A program made the translations under genes and the position numbers. Source: a virus. Taken from it: a stretch of DNA of 64,000 bases. Of the stretch, positions 17,135-26,653 are shown in pieces (positions within the stretch are counted from its first letter, which is position 1; every line of letters starts with the position of its first letter). Where the stretch lies: positions 1 to 64,000 of IMG/VR virus record IMGVR_UViG_3300046171_000193, one strand, 5' to 3'. A model generated the notes under the pieces. That model was not told the DNA's origin. It saw only the letters and a list, made by a program, of their open reading frames with translations, and did not search any database.

Positions 17135-17405
17135 GAAAGAATACATTTATCCAACCATTCCTTTACAGGCAGCACCGAAACCGGTTGATATGCCTGACGT
17201 TGAGTGGTTTGTTATCAATGAAGATAACCTAGAAGAATCTATTGCAAGGATTAAAGAAGCCGGTGGTGTTGCCGCCTTCATGGCTATTACGCCAAAAGGA
17301 TATGAAAACCTATCATTAGGCATATCAGATATACGCAGATATATACTTCAGCAAAAAGAAATTATTGCGTACTATGAGACACAAATTAAAGAAATAAAAA
17401 AATAA
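17037..17405 (+). CDS. o-spanin (Rz1-like lipoprotein)
   Basis: Lipobox LLLLLTSC then a Pro-rich segment; GGAGG RBS inside the i-spanin gene. Confidence 0.75.
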   Translation: MAWTDSYKIFYLIPLLLLLTSCAKTPEPIVVTEKEYIYPTIPLQAAPKPVDMPDVEWFVINEDNLEESIARIKEAGGVAAFMAITPKGYENLSLGISDIRRYILQQKEIIAYYETQIKEIKK

Positions 17406-17410
17406 AATAA

Positions 17411-17447
17411 TTACAATATGTTGTATTTTTATCACTAAATATAGTAC
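17411..17447. promoter_or_regulatory. tandem NrdR boxes
   Basis: TTACAATATGTTGTAT (17411) and TCACTAAATATAGTAC (17432) fit CwAtATaTwG; 21 bp apart, just upstream of the RNR promoter. Confidence 0.7.
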
Positions 17448-17456
17448 ATATTGCTA

Positions 17457-17485
17457 TGTACAAGATCGTGGTTTTGATATATAAT
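17457..17485 (+). promoter_or_regulatory. early-type promoter TGTACA-N17-TATAAT
   Basis: Motif match upstream of nrdJ. Confidence 0.8.
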
Positions 17486-17524
17486 ACCACATAAGAGAAA
17501 ATCATTTATATAAAGGAAATTGCA

Positions 17525-19741
17525 ATGGCAACAGCTTCTGTTGACACACGTAGACTTTTATCCGAAACAAAGTTCTACGATAGTTACTCACGCTTTAACG
17601 ACGAAAACGAACGATACGAAACATGGGAGGAAGCTGTAGATCGCGTGATCGAAATGCACGCAAGTCAATACAAAGAAAATGATAACGGATTAAAATCTTA
17701 TTTAGAAGAAGCTAGACAGGCTTATAAAGAACAAAGAGTGTTAGGTGCTCAACGTGCTCTTCAATTTGGTGGAGATCAATTACTTAAGCACCAAATGAGA
17801 ATGTATAACTGTACTTCTTCATATGCAGACCGTGCAGCATTCTTTGGCGAAATCTTTTATATTCTATTATGTGGAGCAGGTGCAGGATTTTCTGTTCAAG
17901 AACACCACGTTGCAAAACTACCTAATGTCATTGCTAGAACTAAGCCAGCAAAAACTCACGTAGTCACAGATGACATTGAAGGATGGGCAACCGCTGTTGA
18001 TATTCTTATGTCGTCTTATTTTATAGATGGTGGCAAATATCCAGATTATGCCGGCCGTCGAGTTTACTTTGACCTATCAAACATTCGACCAAAGGGTTCT
18101 AAAATCTCTGGTGGATTTAAAGCGCCAGGTCCTGATGGCCTACGTCGTGCTCTTGATAAGATTGAACATCTATTACAAGACATTGTGATTGATTTAAAAG
18201 AGTCTATTCCTTTGCGTCCAATTAATGTATATGATATTTGTATGCATACTGCTGATGCTGTACTATCAGGCGGCGTTCGTCGTTCAGCAACTATTTGTCT
18301 ATTCTCACCTAACGACGAAGAAATGATGTCAGCTAAAACCGGCAATTGGTTTGTTGATAATCCACAGCGTGGTCGATCAAATAACTCTGCTGTCATAGTT
18401 CGAGATAAAACTACGCCTGAACAGTTTGGTAATATAATGACAAAGGTAAAAGAGTTCGGTGAACCAGGCTTTGTGTTTGTAGAATCAACAGAACATACGA
18501 CTAATCCATGCGTTGAGATCGGAATGTTCCCACAGATAGACGGGCAGTCTGGATGGCAGGGATGTAACCTTACAGAAATTAACGGTGGTAAATGTGTAAC
18601 TAAAGAAGATTTCTTTCTTGCATGCCGCGCTGGTGCGATCTTAGGTACCCTTCAGGCAGGATACACTGACTTTAAATTCTTACCGGACACAACAAAAGAT
18701 ATTTTTGACCGTGAAGCTTTGCTTGGCGTATCAATTACAGGATGGATGAATAATCCCGATATTCTATTTAATGCAAAAATACTTGAGGAAGGGGCAAATA
18801 TTGTCAGACAAGTCAACAGAGAAGTTGCAGAAGTTATTGGAATCAACGCAGCGGCTAGAACGACTTGTGTCAAGCCAAGCGGCAACGCTTCGGTTCTATT
18901 GCAAACTGCTAGCGGTATTCACGCTGAGCATTCTAGTATGTACATACGTAATGTTCAAATGAATAAAGAATCTGAGGTAACTCAGGCAATACAAAAAACA
19001 AATCCACATATGGTCGAAGAATCAGTTTGGTCTTCGGGTGGGACAGACGTAGTTGTGTCATTTCCAATTCTTCCAAAAGAAGGATCTATGCTCAAAGACG
19101 ATTTGATCGGCGTAGATCATTTAGAAAAAGTCAAGCTGGCTCAAGAGCATTGGGTAAATGCTGGCACAAATGAAGAACTATGTGCAGACAAAGGTATCCG
19201 TCATAACGTATCAAATACTATTATCGTTAAAGACTGGGACGAAGTAGAAAGCTATGTATTTAAGAATCGACATAGCTTTGCAGGTATTTCTTTCCTATCT
19301 TCTATGGGTGACAAAGATTTTAATCAGGCTCCAAACACTGGTGTCATCGATGCTGAAACTATGGTAACTAAATACGGAGCGGCTGCAATCTTCTCTAGTG
19401 GTCTTGTAGTAGAAGCTCTTAATACGTTTGATAATCTATGGACTGCTTGTTCGACTGCTCAAGGTATGGGTGACGATCTTTCTGTTGAGTCATCTCAAAA
19501 TGCTTTAAAGAAAGATTGGATTCGCAGATTTAATAATTTTGCAAATAACTATTTAAGCGGAGATATTAAACAAACGGAATATTGTTTAAAGGATTCTTAT
19601 TTGCTTCATAAGTGGAATAAGATCAATGCTAACTTTAAAGATATGAACTGGGAGCACGACCTAACCGAGAAGAAGTACACTGACGTCGATACGTTAGGTG
19701 CCGCAGCTTGTGCAGGCGGATCTTGCGAGATAGACTTTTAA
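17525..19741 (+). CDS. nrdJ: class II (adenosylcobalamin-dependent, monomeric RTPR-type) ribonucleotide reductase
   Basis: YNC, GGVRRSA, TNPCVEI, CNLTE, VKPSG, C-terminal CAGGSC; no adjacent nrdB. Confidence 0.88.
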   Translation: MATASVDTRRLLSETKFYDSYSRFNDENERYETWEEAVDRVIEMHASQYKENDNGLKSYLEEARQAYKEQRVLGAQRALQFGGDQLLKHQMRMYNCTSSYADRAAFFGEIFYILLCGAGAGFSVQEHHVAKLPNVIARTKPAKTHVVTDDIEGWATAVDILMSSYFIDGGKYPDYAGRRVYFDLSNIRPKGSKISGGFKAPGPDGLRRALDKIEHLLQDIVIDLKESIPLRPINVYDICMHTADAVLSGGVRRSATICLFSPNDEEMMSAKTGNWFVDNPQRGRSNNSAVIVRDKTTPEQFGNIMTKVKEFGEPGFVFVESTEHTTNPCVEIGMFPQIDGQSGWQGCNLTEINGGKCVTKEDFFLACRAGAILGTLQAGYTDFKFLPDTTKDIFDREALLGVSITGWMNNPDILFNAKILEEGANIVRQVNREVAEVIGINAAARTTCVKPSGNASVLLQTASGIHAEHSSMYIRNVQMNKESEVTQAIQKTNPHMVEESVWSSGGTDVVVSFPILPKEGSMLKDDLIGVDHLEKVKLAQEHWVNAGTNEELCADKGIRHNVSNTIIVKDWDEVESYVFKNRHSFAGISFLSSMGDKDFNQAPNTGVIDAETMVTKYGAAAIFSSGLVVEALNTFDNLWTACSTAQGMGDDLSVESSQNALKKDWIRRFNNFANNYLSGDIKQTEYCLKDSYLLHKWNKINANFKDMNWEHDLTEKKYTDVDTLGAAACAGGSCEIDF

Positions 19742-19884
19742 TGAAGGAACGTAGTTTTTTAGTCGAGTGTCATTATTGTGACGTTGAAGTAGAAATATAT
19801 TGTGAAACAGAAATGACGGTTGATTACTGTCCATTTTGTGGTGAAGAAAATAATGCACTCGAATTAGACTCAGACGAATACTAA
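19741..19884 (+). CDS. small Zn-ribbon protein
   Basis: CHYC...CPFCGE; TAATG coupling. Confidence 0.7.
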   Translation: MKERSFLVECHYCDVEVEIYCETEMTVDYCPFCGEENNALELDSDEY

Positions 19885-19897
19885 GATATATAACCCT

Positions 19898-20293
19898 ATG
19901 TGGGTTTATAATGATAAAGAATTTAACGAAACCCCTGATGAATTTCAGGGGTTTGTTTATATGGTAACCGAGAAAGATACTGGTAAAAAATATATCGGTA
20001 AGAAATTCTTCTGGAAACCAAAAATCTTGCCTGTAACTAAATCACGCAAACGTAGAGTCCGCACAAGAGTCGAATCTGATTGGCGTACGTATTATGGTTC
20101 AAATAAAGAAGTACAAGCTTTAGTTGAATCAAAAGGCAAAGATAATTATCAGAGAGAAATCTTAAGACTTTGTAAGACTAAGGGCGAATGCTCTTATTAC
20201 GAAGCAAAACTACAATTTCAATACGATGTGTTATTATCTGATAAATTTTATAATGAATTTATCGGCTGTAAAATACATTCCAAGCATATATAA
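19898..20293 (+). CDS. GIY-YIG family endonuclease
   Basis: GFVY-x10-YIG, conserved R, E and N (FYNE). Confidence 0.8.
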   Translation: MWVYNDKEFNETPDEFQGFVYMVTEKDTGKKYIGKKFFWKPKILPVTKSRKRRVRTRVESDWRTYYGSNKEVQALVESKGKDNYQREILRLCKTKGECSYYEAKLQFQYDVLLSDKFYNEFIGCKIHSKHI

Positions 20294-20307
20294 TATATGA
20301 GGATAAT

Positions 20308-20730
20308 ATGGTAAGACCAGTTTATGAAGTGATTCGTCGTACTAAGAACCGGCGTAACAAAGAAGAAAAAGTTAAAGAGTTACAAGAAAACGAATCTTGG
20401 GCTTTAAAAGATATTTTACGCGGTTCGTACGACAGTACCGTAGCATTTAACTTTCCCGAAGGAGATCCACCCTTCACTCCTAATCAACAACACAATTCGC
20501 CATCTAACCTTCTCAAGGAACACAAAAGATTTGTGTACTTTGTAGTCGGAGGTCCAGGCGATGAATTACCTCCATACAAAAGAGAAAGAATTTTATTTGA
20601 AATCTTGGAAGGTATACATCCAGATGATGCTAAACTAGTTGTGTCAATGATTAATAAAAAGAAATTAGAAGGCATTTCGAGGCCGGTAATCGAGGAAGCA
20701 TTTCCTGGATTATTGCAGGATATATCATGA
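20308..20730 (+). CDS. conserved T4-like phage hypothetical protein
   Basis: FPEGDPPF...LEGIHPDDA; GAGG RBS. Confidence 0.7.
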   Translation: MVRPVYEVIRRTKNRRNKEEKVKELQENESWALKDILRGSYDSTVAFNFPEGDPPFTPNQQHNSPSNLLKEHKRFVYFVVGGPGDELPPYKRERILFEILEGIHPDDAKLVVSMINKKKLEGISRPVIEEAFPGLLQDIS

Positions 20731-20767
20731 TCATGTGATTATTTTTACTTTTAGGAGACAATTATAC

Positions 20768-20920
20768 ATGTCAGAAAATCAGCTAGAACGTCTTAGACAA
20801 GATTCGCTTGAACTACAGGAATATGCCCAAAAACTTGAACGGAAAGGCAAGATCTCACTAATGCAAAAAATTCTGGCTAAGCGAAAATATTTAGACAATC
20901 GTATAAAAGAAGCTTCATAG
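20768..20920 (+). CDS. small hypothetical protein
   Basis: AGGAG RBS. Confidence 0.65.
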   Translation: MSENQLERLRQDSLELQEYAQKLERKGKISLMQKILAKRKYLDNRIKEAS

Positions 20921-20932
20921 TAAAAAAAGGAG

Positions 20933-20990
20933 TGTACTTCCCCCTCAAGTCGTGGTATAATAAAGTATCATTACTTAGAGGGGGATAGTA
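20933..20990 (+). promoter_or_regulatory. early-type promoter embedded in an RBS-sequestering hairpin
   Basis: TGTACT-N17-TATAAT; CCCCCTCAAGT pairs with ACTTAGAGGGGG (the RBS). Confidence 0.75.
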
Positions 20991-20994
20991 TACC

Positions 20995-21558
20995 ATGAAT
21001 ATCTTTATCCTAGACACAAATCCAATCGTAGCAGCTCAATGGCAATGCGACAAACATGTCGTAAAAATGATCGTCGAGTCTGCTCAAATGCTTTCAACAG
21101 CCCATCGTATGCTTGACGGTGATCAGACTCGCCGGCCATCAAAGTCCGGCAAGACCATGGTCAAATACTGGGTACATCCAAACCAAGAACTAGAAGACAC
21201 GTTGTACAAAGCCGTGCACGTCGGTCATCCATGTACAGTATGGACTATGGAAACTAATGCTAATTATGAATGGCACTATCAACACTTCAAAGCATTATGT
21301 ATAGAATACAGATTTCGTTATGGTAAAACTCACAGCACAGAAACGTTATTGACTGATGCATTACGACGCGCGCCTACTCATACAAAGTGGTCAAATCTAC
21401 GTACACCATTTGCTCTTGCAATGACACACGAACCACAATGTATACACAAAGACGATCCTGTTAAATCCTATCAAGAATATTATCACACAAAACAAGATCG
21501 GTTTAAAATGGTATGGACTCGGCGCGAAACTCCGGAGTGGTTTAATGTTGCAGCTTAA
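20995..21558 (+). CDS. pyrimidine-dimer DNA glycosylase (DenV/Pyr_excise family)
   Basis: MNIFILD...DKHVVKMIVESAQMLSTAH, HPCTVW. Confidence 0.8.
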   Translation: MNIFILDTNPIVAAQWQCDKHVVKMIVESAQMLSTAHRMLDGDQTRRPSKSGKTMVKYWVHPNQELEDTLYKAVHVGHPCTVWTMETNANYEWHYQHFKALCIEYRFRYGKTHSTETLLTDALRRAPTHTKWSNLRTPFALAMTHEPQCIHKDDPVKSYQEYYHTKQDRFKMVWTRRETPEWFNVAA

Positions 21559-21586
21559 TATATACTATTGTAACAAGAGGTAAGAC

Positions 21587-21823
21587 ATGCCAACATATAC
21601 AGTCAAAAAAGATAATCCCAAATCTACAAAAACATGGGAAGTCAATTGTTCATGGAAAGAACTACAAGACATTCTACTTGAATATAGATTAGTACAAGTG
21701 CTATCAGCACCTAAGATTGTATCATCCACTGGCGGAGTTTTATCTAAAACGCCTGATAGTTGGAAAGAACATCTTGGTCGCATAAAGAAGGGAGCGGGTC
21801 GAGGAAACACAGTTAGCACATGA
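21587..21823 (+). CDS. small conserved protein (FmdB-like N-terminus lacking the Cys pair)
   Basis: MPTYT...; coupled to phoH. Confidence 0.55.
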   Translation: MPTYTVKKDNPKSTKTWEVNCSWKELQDILLEYRLVQVLSAPKIVSSTGGVLSKTPDSWKEHLGRIKKGAGRGNTVST

Positions 21824-22515
21824 AAAGAAATAAGCAACCAAATAATTCTATGACGGTTCGTATAGATGATTTGTTAGAATATGATCCGTTAACTGAAACC
21901 CAAAAAACAGCATTTGATTCATGGGATGATGATAACAATATGGTATTGGCCGGGTCGGCTGGCACAGGTAAAACATTTGTTGGAATGTATCTTGGTTTAG
22001 AAGCAGTCCTAGATCCCAATAGTTTACAAGACAGATTAATTATTATAAGATCTATGGTTCCAACAAGAGACATGGGATATTTACCGGGTACTAAAGCTGA
22101 AAAAGAAGAAGCATACATTGCGCCATACAAAGCAATTGCATGTGATCTATTTGGAGACAGAGGCTCATGGAGTAAAGCTATCTCTTCAAGTAAAATACTA
22201 TTTGAGTCCACCTCTTTTATTAGAGGTGTAACTGTAGATAACGCTGTGATATTAGTAGACGAAATGCAGAATCTAAATTTTCATGAACTAGACTCTGTTA
22301 TAACGCGCGTTGGTAGAGATTCACGTATTATATTTAGTGGTGATCATCTGCAAACAGATTTTAAATATGATGACGATAAACAAGGAATATATAAATTTCT
22401 TACTATCGTTGAACAACTAAAGAACTTTGATATAATCAATTTTGGATGGCAGGATATTGTGCGATCTGATTTTGTAAGAGACTATATTATGACAAAAGAA
22501 ATGCTTAACCTATAG
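21820..22515 (+). CDS. phoH: PhoH family ATPase
   Basis: GSAGTGKT, GYLPG, RGVT, DEMQN, GDHLQTD. Confidence 0.92.
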   Translation: MKRNKQPNNSMTVRIDDLLEYDPLTETQKTAFDSWDDDNNMVLAGSAGTGKTFVGMYLGLEAVLDPNSLQDRLIIIRSMVPTRDMGYLPGTKAEKEEAYIAPYKAIACDLFGDRGSWSKAISSSKILFESTSFIRGVTVDNAVILVDEMQNLNFHELDSVITRVGRDSRIIFSGDHLQTDFKYDDDKQGIYKFLTIVEQLKNFDIINFGWQDIVRSDFVRDYIMTKEMLNL

Positions 22516-22524
22516 GAGGATTAT

Positions 22525-22992
22525 ATGGCATTTAATCTATCAAACCGATCAAAAGGTAAACTCGAAGGAGTTCATCCTGATATGGTAGCCGTAGTCGAAC
22601 GTGCAATTGAATTAACTAAAGTCGATTTCGGTGTTACGTACGGAGTACGTACTGTAGAAGAACAAGAGAAGCTGGTTGCTGCCGGCAGATCTCAAACAAT
22701 GAAATCAAAACATCTTGTACAAGATTCAGGTTATTCTCATGCCGTTGACGTTGTAGCATATGACGGGTCTGATGTCGTATGGGAAATTAATGTGTATGAC
22801 GATATTGCTGATGCATTTAAAGCAGCTGCCGAAGAATTAGGTGTTGCTGTTAAATGGGGAGCAGCTTGGTCTGAAGGTGATATTCGTACATATGGAGGCA
22901 CAGCTGAAGATGCTATGATGGCTTATGTAGATTTACGTCGATCACAAGGACGTCGACCATTTATTGATGGACCTCATTTCGAATTAATGTAA
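22525..22992 (+). CDS. endolysin, peptidase M15 (L-Ala-D-Glu peptidase)
   Basis: R-T-x-E-E-Q, SKH, HAVD, DGPHFEL. Confidence 0.88.
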   Translation: MAFNLSNRSKGKLEGVHPDMVAVVERAIELTKVDFGVTYGVRTVEEQEKLVAAGRSQTMKSKHLVQDSGYSHAVDVVAYDGSDVVWEINVYDDIADAFKAAAEELGVAVKWGAAWSEGDIRTYGGTAEDAMMAYVDLRRSQGRRPFIDGPHFELM

Positions 22993-23000
22993 ATTAACTG

Positions 23001-23029
23001 TGTACAAACACATCAATTCGTGTTAGAAT
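23001..23029 (+). promoter_or_regulatory. early-type promoter TGTACA-N17-TAGAAT (leaderless)
   Basis: Motif; ATG 6 nt after the -10. Confidence 0.8.
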
Positions 23030-23035
23030 GTTATT

Positions 23036-23713
23036 ATGAATTATATACATGAAAAAATTGACTTAGGCTATGAAACTCTTAAAAGAGAAGATGGCGAGAA
23101 ACGTAGATATGTCACACCTGATGGCGTGGCATATCCTAGCGTTACAACTGTAACCTCTATTCTTAACGAAGATAAGATCGCTGCATGGCGAGCTCGTGTT
23201 GGTGAAGAAGAAGCCAATAAGATCGGTAGCAAAGCCGCTACTCGTGGCACTGCGGTACACAATCTTGTAGAGAAATATCTACTAAACGATCCGGACTATG
23301 GTAAAGACGTAATGCCTCACGTTATGCAAAGTCTAACTAATATGAAACCTATTCTTGAAAAGCGTATGAATATTATTTACGATCAAGAAGTTCCATTGTA
23401 TAGTGATCATCTTAAATTAGCCGGCACATGTGATTGTGCTTGCAAGTTCGATAATGTAAACAGTATTGTCGATTTTAAAACTTCTCGCTTTCCTAAAAAG
23501 AAATCTATGCTTGATCATTACTTCATTCAAGCATGTGCCTACTCAATTATGTGGGAAGAACGTACAGGTATGGCAATGCCTAATCTAGTAATTCTCATGG
23601 ATGTTGATAACGGTAGAGCTCTAACTTATAAAGAGCATCGTGATAATTGGACAGAAAAGCTTCATGATACTATTGAACTGTATCATAAAAGAAACAGGCA
23701 GAGAGTAATATAA
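23036..23713 (+). CDS. PD-(D/E)XK exonuclease
   Basis: YPSVTT, RGTAVH, AGTCD, VDFKTS, QACAY. Confidence 0.85.
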   Translation: MNYIHEKIDLGYETLKREDGEKRRYVTPDGVAYPSVTTVTSILNEDKIAAWRARVGEEEANKIGSKAATRGTAVHNLVEKYLLNDPDYGKDVMPHVMQSLTNMKPILEKRMNIIYDQEVPLYSDHLKLAGTCDCACKFDNVNSIVDFKTSRFPKKKSMLDHYFIQACAYSIMWEERTGMAMPNLVILMDVDNGRALTYKEHRDNWTEKLHDTIELYHKRNRQRVI

Positions 23714-23722
23714 TTTTTCTTA

Positions 23723-23751
23723 TGTACATTTCTAATGAAATGTGGTAGTAT
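23723..23751 (+). promoter_or_regulatory. early-type promoter TGTACA-N17-TAGTAT
   Basis: Motif match. Confidence 0.75.
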
Positions 23752-23771
23752 ACAATATGAAAGGAAATTAT

Positions 23772-24374
23772 ATGAATAATTTAAATAATCTAAATAAAGT
23801 AATACTAACTGACTGTGACGGCGTTCTCATGAATTGGGAATACGCCATGAACGTCTGGATGCAAACTCAGGGATATGAGATTGTAAATGATGGTCAGGAA
23901 TATTACGATATGGGTGATCGTTATAATCTAACCCATTTTGACAAGAAAAAACTTGTCAGACAGTTTAATGAATCTGCTGCTATGGGGTTTTTACCGCCTC
24001 TTCGAGATGCTATGTATTATGTGGATCTTCTACATCGTAAACATGGTTACACTTTCCATATGATTACATCTCTCTCAAAAGACGAGCATGCGCAAAAGCT
24101 TCGTATTCAAAATACTAAAAAGCTTTTTGGCGAAACTGCCTTTACGCAATTTATCTTCGAAGATACTGGTGCTGACAAAGACGATGTGCTTGAACCATAT
24201 CGAGATACCGGTCTTATTTGGATCGAAGATAAATTCGAAAACGCTGAGCTTGGTAACGATCTCGGTCTTGAATCAATTTTAGTCGAACATGCACATAATA
24301 TGCATAATACTACATTCCCAACCTTTGCTAGATGGAAGGACATCTATGAGTATATCACTGGCGAGTCTGCTTAG
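23772..24374 (+). CDS. HAD-family phosphatase (T4 gp30.2-like)
   Basis: DCDGVL, ITS, WIED. Confidence 0.8.
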   Translation: MNNLNNLNKVILTDCDGVLMNWEYAMNVWMQTQGYEIVNDGQEYYDMGDRYNLTHFDKKKLVRQFNESAAMGFLPPLRDAMYYVDLLHRKHGYTFHMITSLSKDEHAQKLRIQNTKKLFGETAFTQFIFEDTGADKDDVLEPYRDTGLIWIEDKFENAELGNDLGLESILVEHAHNMHNTTFPTFARWKDIYEYITGESA

Positions 24375-24606
24375 TTTACGTTCTGAATATGAAGAGATAA
24401 TTAAAAGATATCGCATTCCTGAAGAGCATAAGAATAGTTGTATAGATAACCTTGTATGGTTTAAAGCTAATGGTAAGGGATCTAATCGTCTAAGATCTCG
24501 ATATAAACGTGCTATTGAAATTGCAGATATTATTTTAGAAGAATATGAATATGAAAAAAAGAGTCATATATCAGGTATACGTGGGGAGAAGGTCGCGACT
24601 TTATGA
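24346..24606 (+). CDS. hypothetical protein
   Basis: AAGGA RBS before MSISL. Confidence 0.55.
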   Translation: MSISLASLLSLRSEYEEIIKRYRIPEEHKNSCIDNLVWFKANGKGSNRLRSRYKRAIEIADIILEEYEYEKKSHISGIRGEKVATL

Positions 24607-25345
24607 TCATTGCGTAGAATCTGTTAAAGATTATTGTAAAGCACACAACATAGAACATGTTGTGCAGAAACAACCAATCCTAAAAATTAAACCTGACGTC
24701 TTCTCTACAAATCGTAGTAAAGAGTCATACGAAAAGCATGGCGGATTTCTTCCAATCTTTGAGAAGGAAAACGCCTTTACTTATTTAAAGACTAATGATC
24801 AGGTTGCAATTATTGATGCTGACATCTGGGTACGTCCAGGCGCATCAAACATCTTTGACAAAGTTCCAGAGGAATATGATTTTGGCGGAGTACTTGAAAG
24901 AGAGATGCCAATAACTGAGGCGTACACCCGCAAGATTGCAAACTACACGCGTATGCAATATGGTATGAATCAGCTTAGTACTTTATTCGATTGGAAGCAT
25001 CCAGGTGGTGCTAACTTTTATAATATGGGAATGATGGTTTTAAATAAAAGTTTTGGCCAATATCTTAAAGGTCAAACTCCTATGCAGTTTCTCATGCGAC
25101 CAGAGTTTAAAGTTTTTATAGATGGTATGGGTAACTGGAAATGGTCAACAGATCAAACGCTCCTTAATGTATTTGTAAAAGAAAGCGGAATGAGTGTAAA
25201 GAATCTGTCATTTCATTGGAACGGATTATTCACTGCAATACATCCCACGTACGCCCGTGAAGCCAACTTTGTTCACTTCTTTCTGAAAGATAAGTTGCCT
25301 AACGGTGGTGAAAACGTAGAGGAGCTTATGACATATGTTACTTGA
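24545..25345 (+). CDS. GT-A fold glycosyltransferase
   Basis: IIDAD, YNMGMMV, DQTLLN, HFF. Confidence 0.75.
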   Translation: MNMKKRVIYQVYVGRRSRLYDHCVESVKDYCKAHNIEHVVQKQPILKIKPDVFSTNRSKESYEKHGGFLPIFEKENAFTYLKTNDQVAIIDADIWVRPGASNIFDKVPEEYDFGGVLEREMPITEAYTRKIANYTRMQYGMNQLSTLFDWKHPGGANFYNMGMMVLNKSFGQYLKGQTPMQFLMRPEFKVFIDGMGNWKWSTDQTLLNVFVKESGMSVKNLSFHWNGLFTAIHPTYAREANFVHFFLKDKLPNGGENVEELMTYVT

Positions 25346-26027
25346 TAGCAGAAAAAGAATATTTGTTCACATACCAAAAAACGCGGGTATGACAATTAGA
25401 CACAGTACCTTTTTAAAAGATAGGATACTGGTAAATAATGCTGGAACACACAAGAGTAAGCAATATACTCAAGAACTTTTAGAAACTATGAATGCTATAG
25501 GAGATCACCATGGAATCGAGCACGCTCGTTGGAGAGATCTTGATGTATCGTATAGGCAACAATACCGAGCATTTGCTGTTATTCGTAATCCTTGGGATCG
25601 TGTTGTATCTCGTTATTTCTTTGCTAAAAAAGTAATTGAAGTAGAAAAAAAGGTAGATCCGAGTTATGCAGATGTTTCGTCATTTGAAGCGTTTTTGGAA
25701 GAACGTCACCAGTGGGGGTCTCAAAAATTTATGTGGCATCGTGCTGTCCGTGGATGGTTTCCTGCTCTTGATCATGTTACTGATGACACTGGGATTGTTA
25801 GGTGTGATATAATTAGATTTGAGAATCTAAACGAAGACTTAATTAAATATTTTAATATACCGATGATGTCTAGAGCTCGTAATGTTACAGCTTTAAATAA
25901 AGGCACATACATGGATGTATATAACGATAAGACACGACAAATAGTTGCTGATTGGTATGCAAGAGATATCGATTATTTTGGATATGATTTTGATACTGGT
26001 CCAACAAAGAACTACTGGGGAATGTAA
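25335..26027 (+). CDS. sulfotransferase (family 2)
   Basis: FVHIPKNAG, IRNPWDRVVS, RFENL, DIDYFGY. Confidence 0.85.
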   Translation: MLLDSRKRIFVHIPKNAGMTIRHSTFLKDRILVNNAGTHKSKQYTQELLETMNAIGDHHGIEHARWRDLDVSYRQQYRAFAVIRNPWDRVVSRYFFAKKVIEVEKKVDPSYADVSSFEAFLEERHQWGSQKFMWHRAVRGWFPALDHVTDDTGIVRCDIIRFENLNEDLIKYFNIPMMSRARNVTALNKGTYMDVYNDKTRQIVADWYARDIDYFGYDFDTGPTKNYWGM

Positions 26028-26653
26028 TGGGTGAACTAGGAAATCTATTTAATAAGTACGGATGTGATAAAACAAAAAAGCATATGTACGATCGTATATA
26101 CGAACCAGCTTTAGAAAAGTTTAAAGATAAAGAAATCAATATTCTTGAGATTGGCGTATTTAACGGACATAGTACTGAAGCCTTTCATGAATATCTACCA
26201 AAAGCAAATCTATATGGGTTAGATATTTTTACTCGCACAAAAGCTGAAGACTTGGCGTGTTATAAGAAAGATCGTACGCATTTTCTAAAAGCAAGTAGTA
26301 TTGAGCCATCAGTTAAAACACAACTTATGCAAAAGTTTGGTAATGTAAAGTTCGATGTTATCATTGATGACGGCTTGCATACTCCTCAAGCGAACAAGAT
26401 GACATTTAGATATTTGTCTACATTTCTAAAAGAAGGCGGAACGTTTTTTATCGAGGATGTGTTTCCACTTGAGTCTATGACATTTGAAGAACTTAAACAC
26501 CCATGGTTATTACAGCATCCTGACAGATATAATGCATTAGATAATAATATGTTCCTTGCAGAGATTGAGAAATCAGGAATGAAAATTATCAGGCACGACA
26601 ACCGTAAGTTAACAAGAGAACCAGATAGCTACATAATAGAGTTACAAAAATGA
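26027..26653 (+). CDS. class I SAM-dependent (sugar O-) methyltransferase
   Basis: LEIGVFNG, GLDI, DVIIDDGLH, IED. Confidence 0.85.
   Translation: MGELGNLFNKYGCDKTKKHMYDRIYEPALEKFKDKEINILEIGVFNGHSTEAFHEYLPKANLYGLDIFTRTKAEDLACYKKDRTHFLKASSIEPSVKTQLMQKFGNVKFDVIIDDGLHTPQANKMTFRYLSTFLKEGGTFFIEDVFPLESMTFEELKHPWLLQHPDRYNALDNNMFLAEIEKSGMKIIRHDNRKLTREPDSYIIELQK

Noticed and set aside
17525-20293. Intron or intein in nrdJ with the GIY-YIG gene as its homing endonuclease
   Set aside because: nrdJ is continuous and of normal length; the GIY-YIG gene is short, free-standing and lacks a DNA-binding extension
23036-23713. Cas4 / CRISPR-associated role for the exonuclease
   Set aside because: Lacks the four-Cys Fe-S motif and any cas context; ordinary phage PD-(D/E)XK exonuclease
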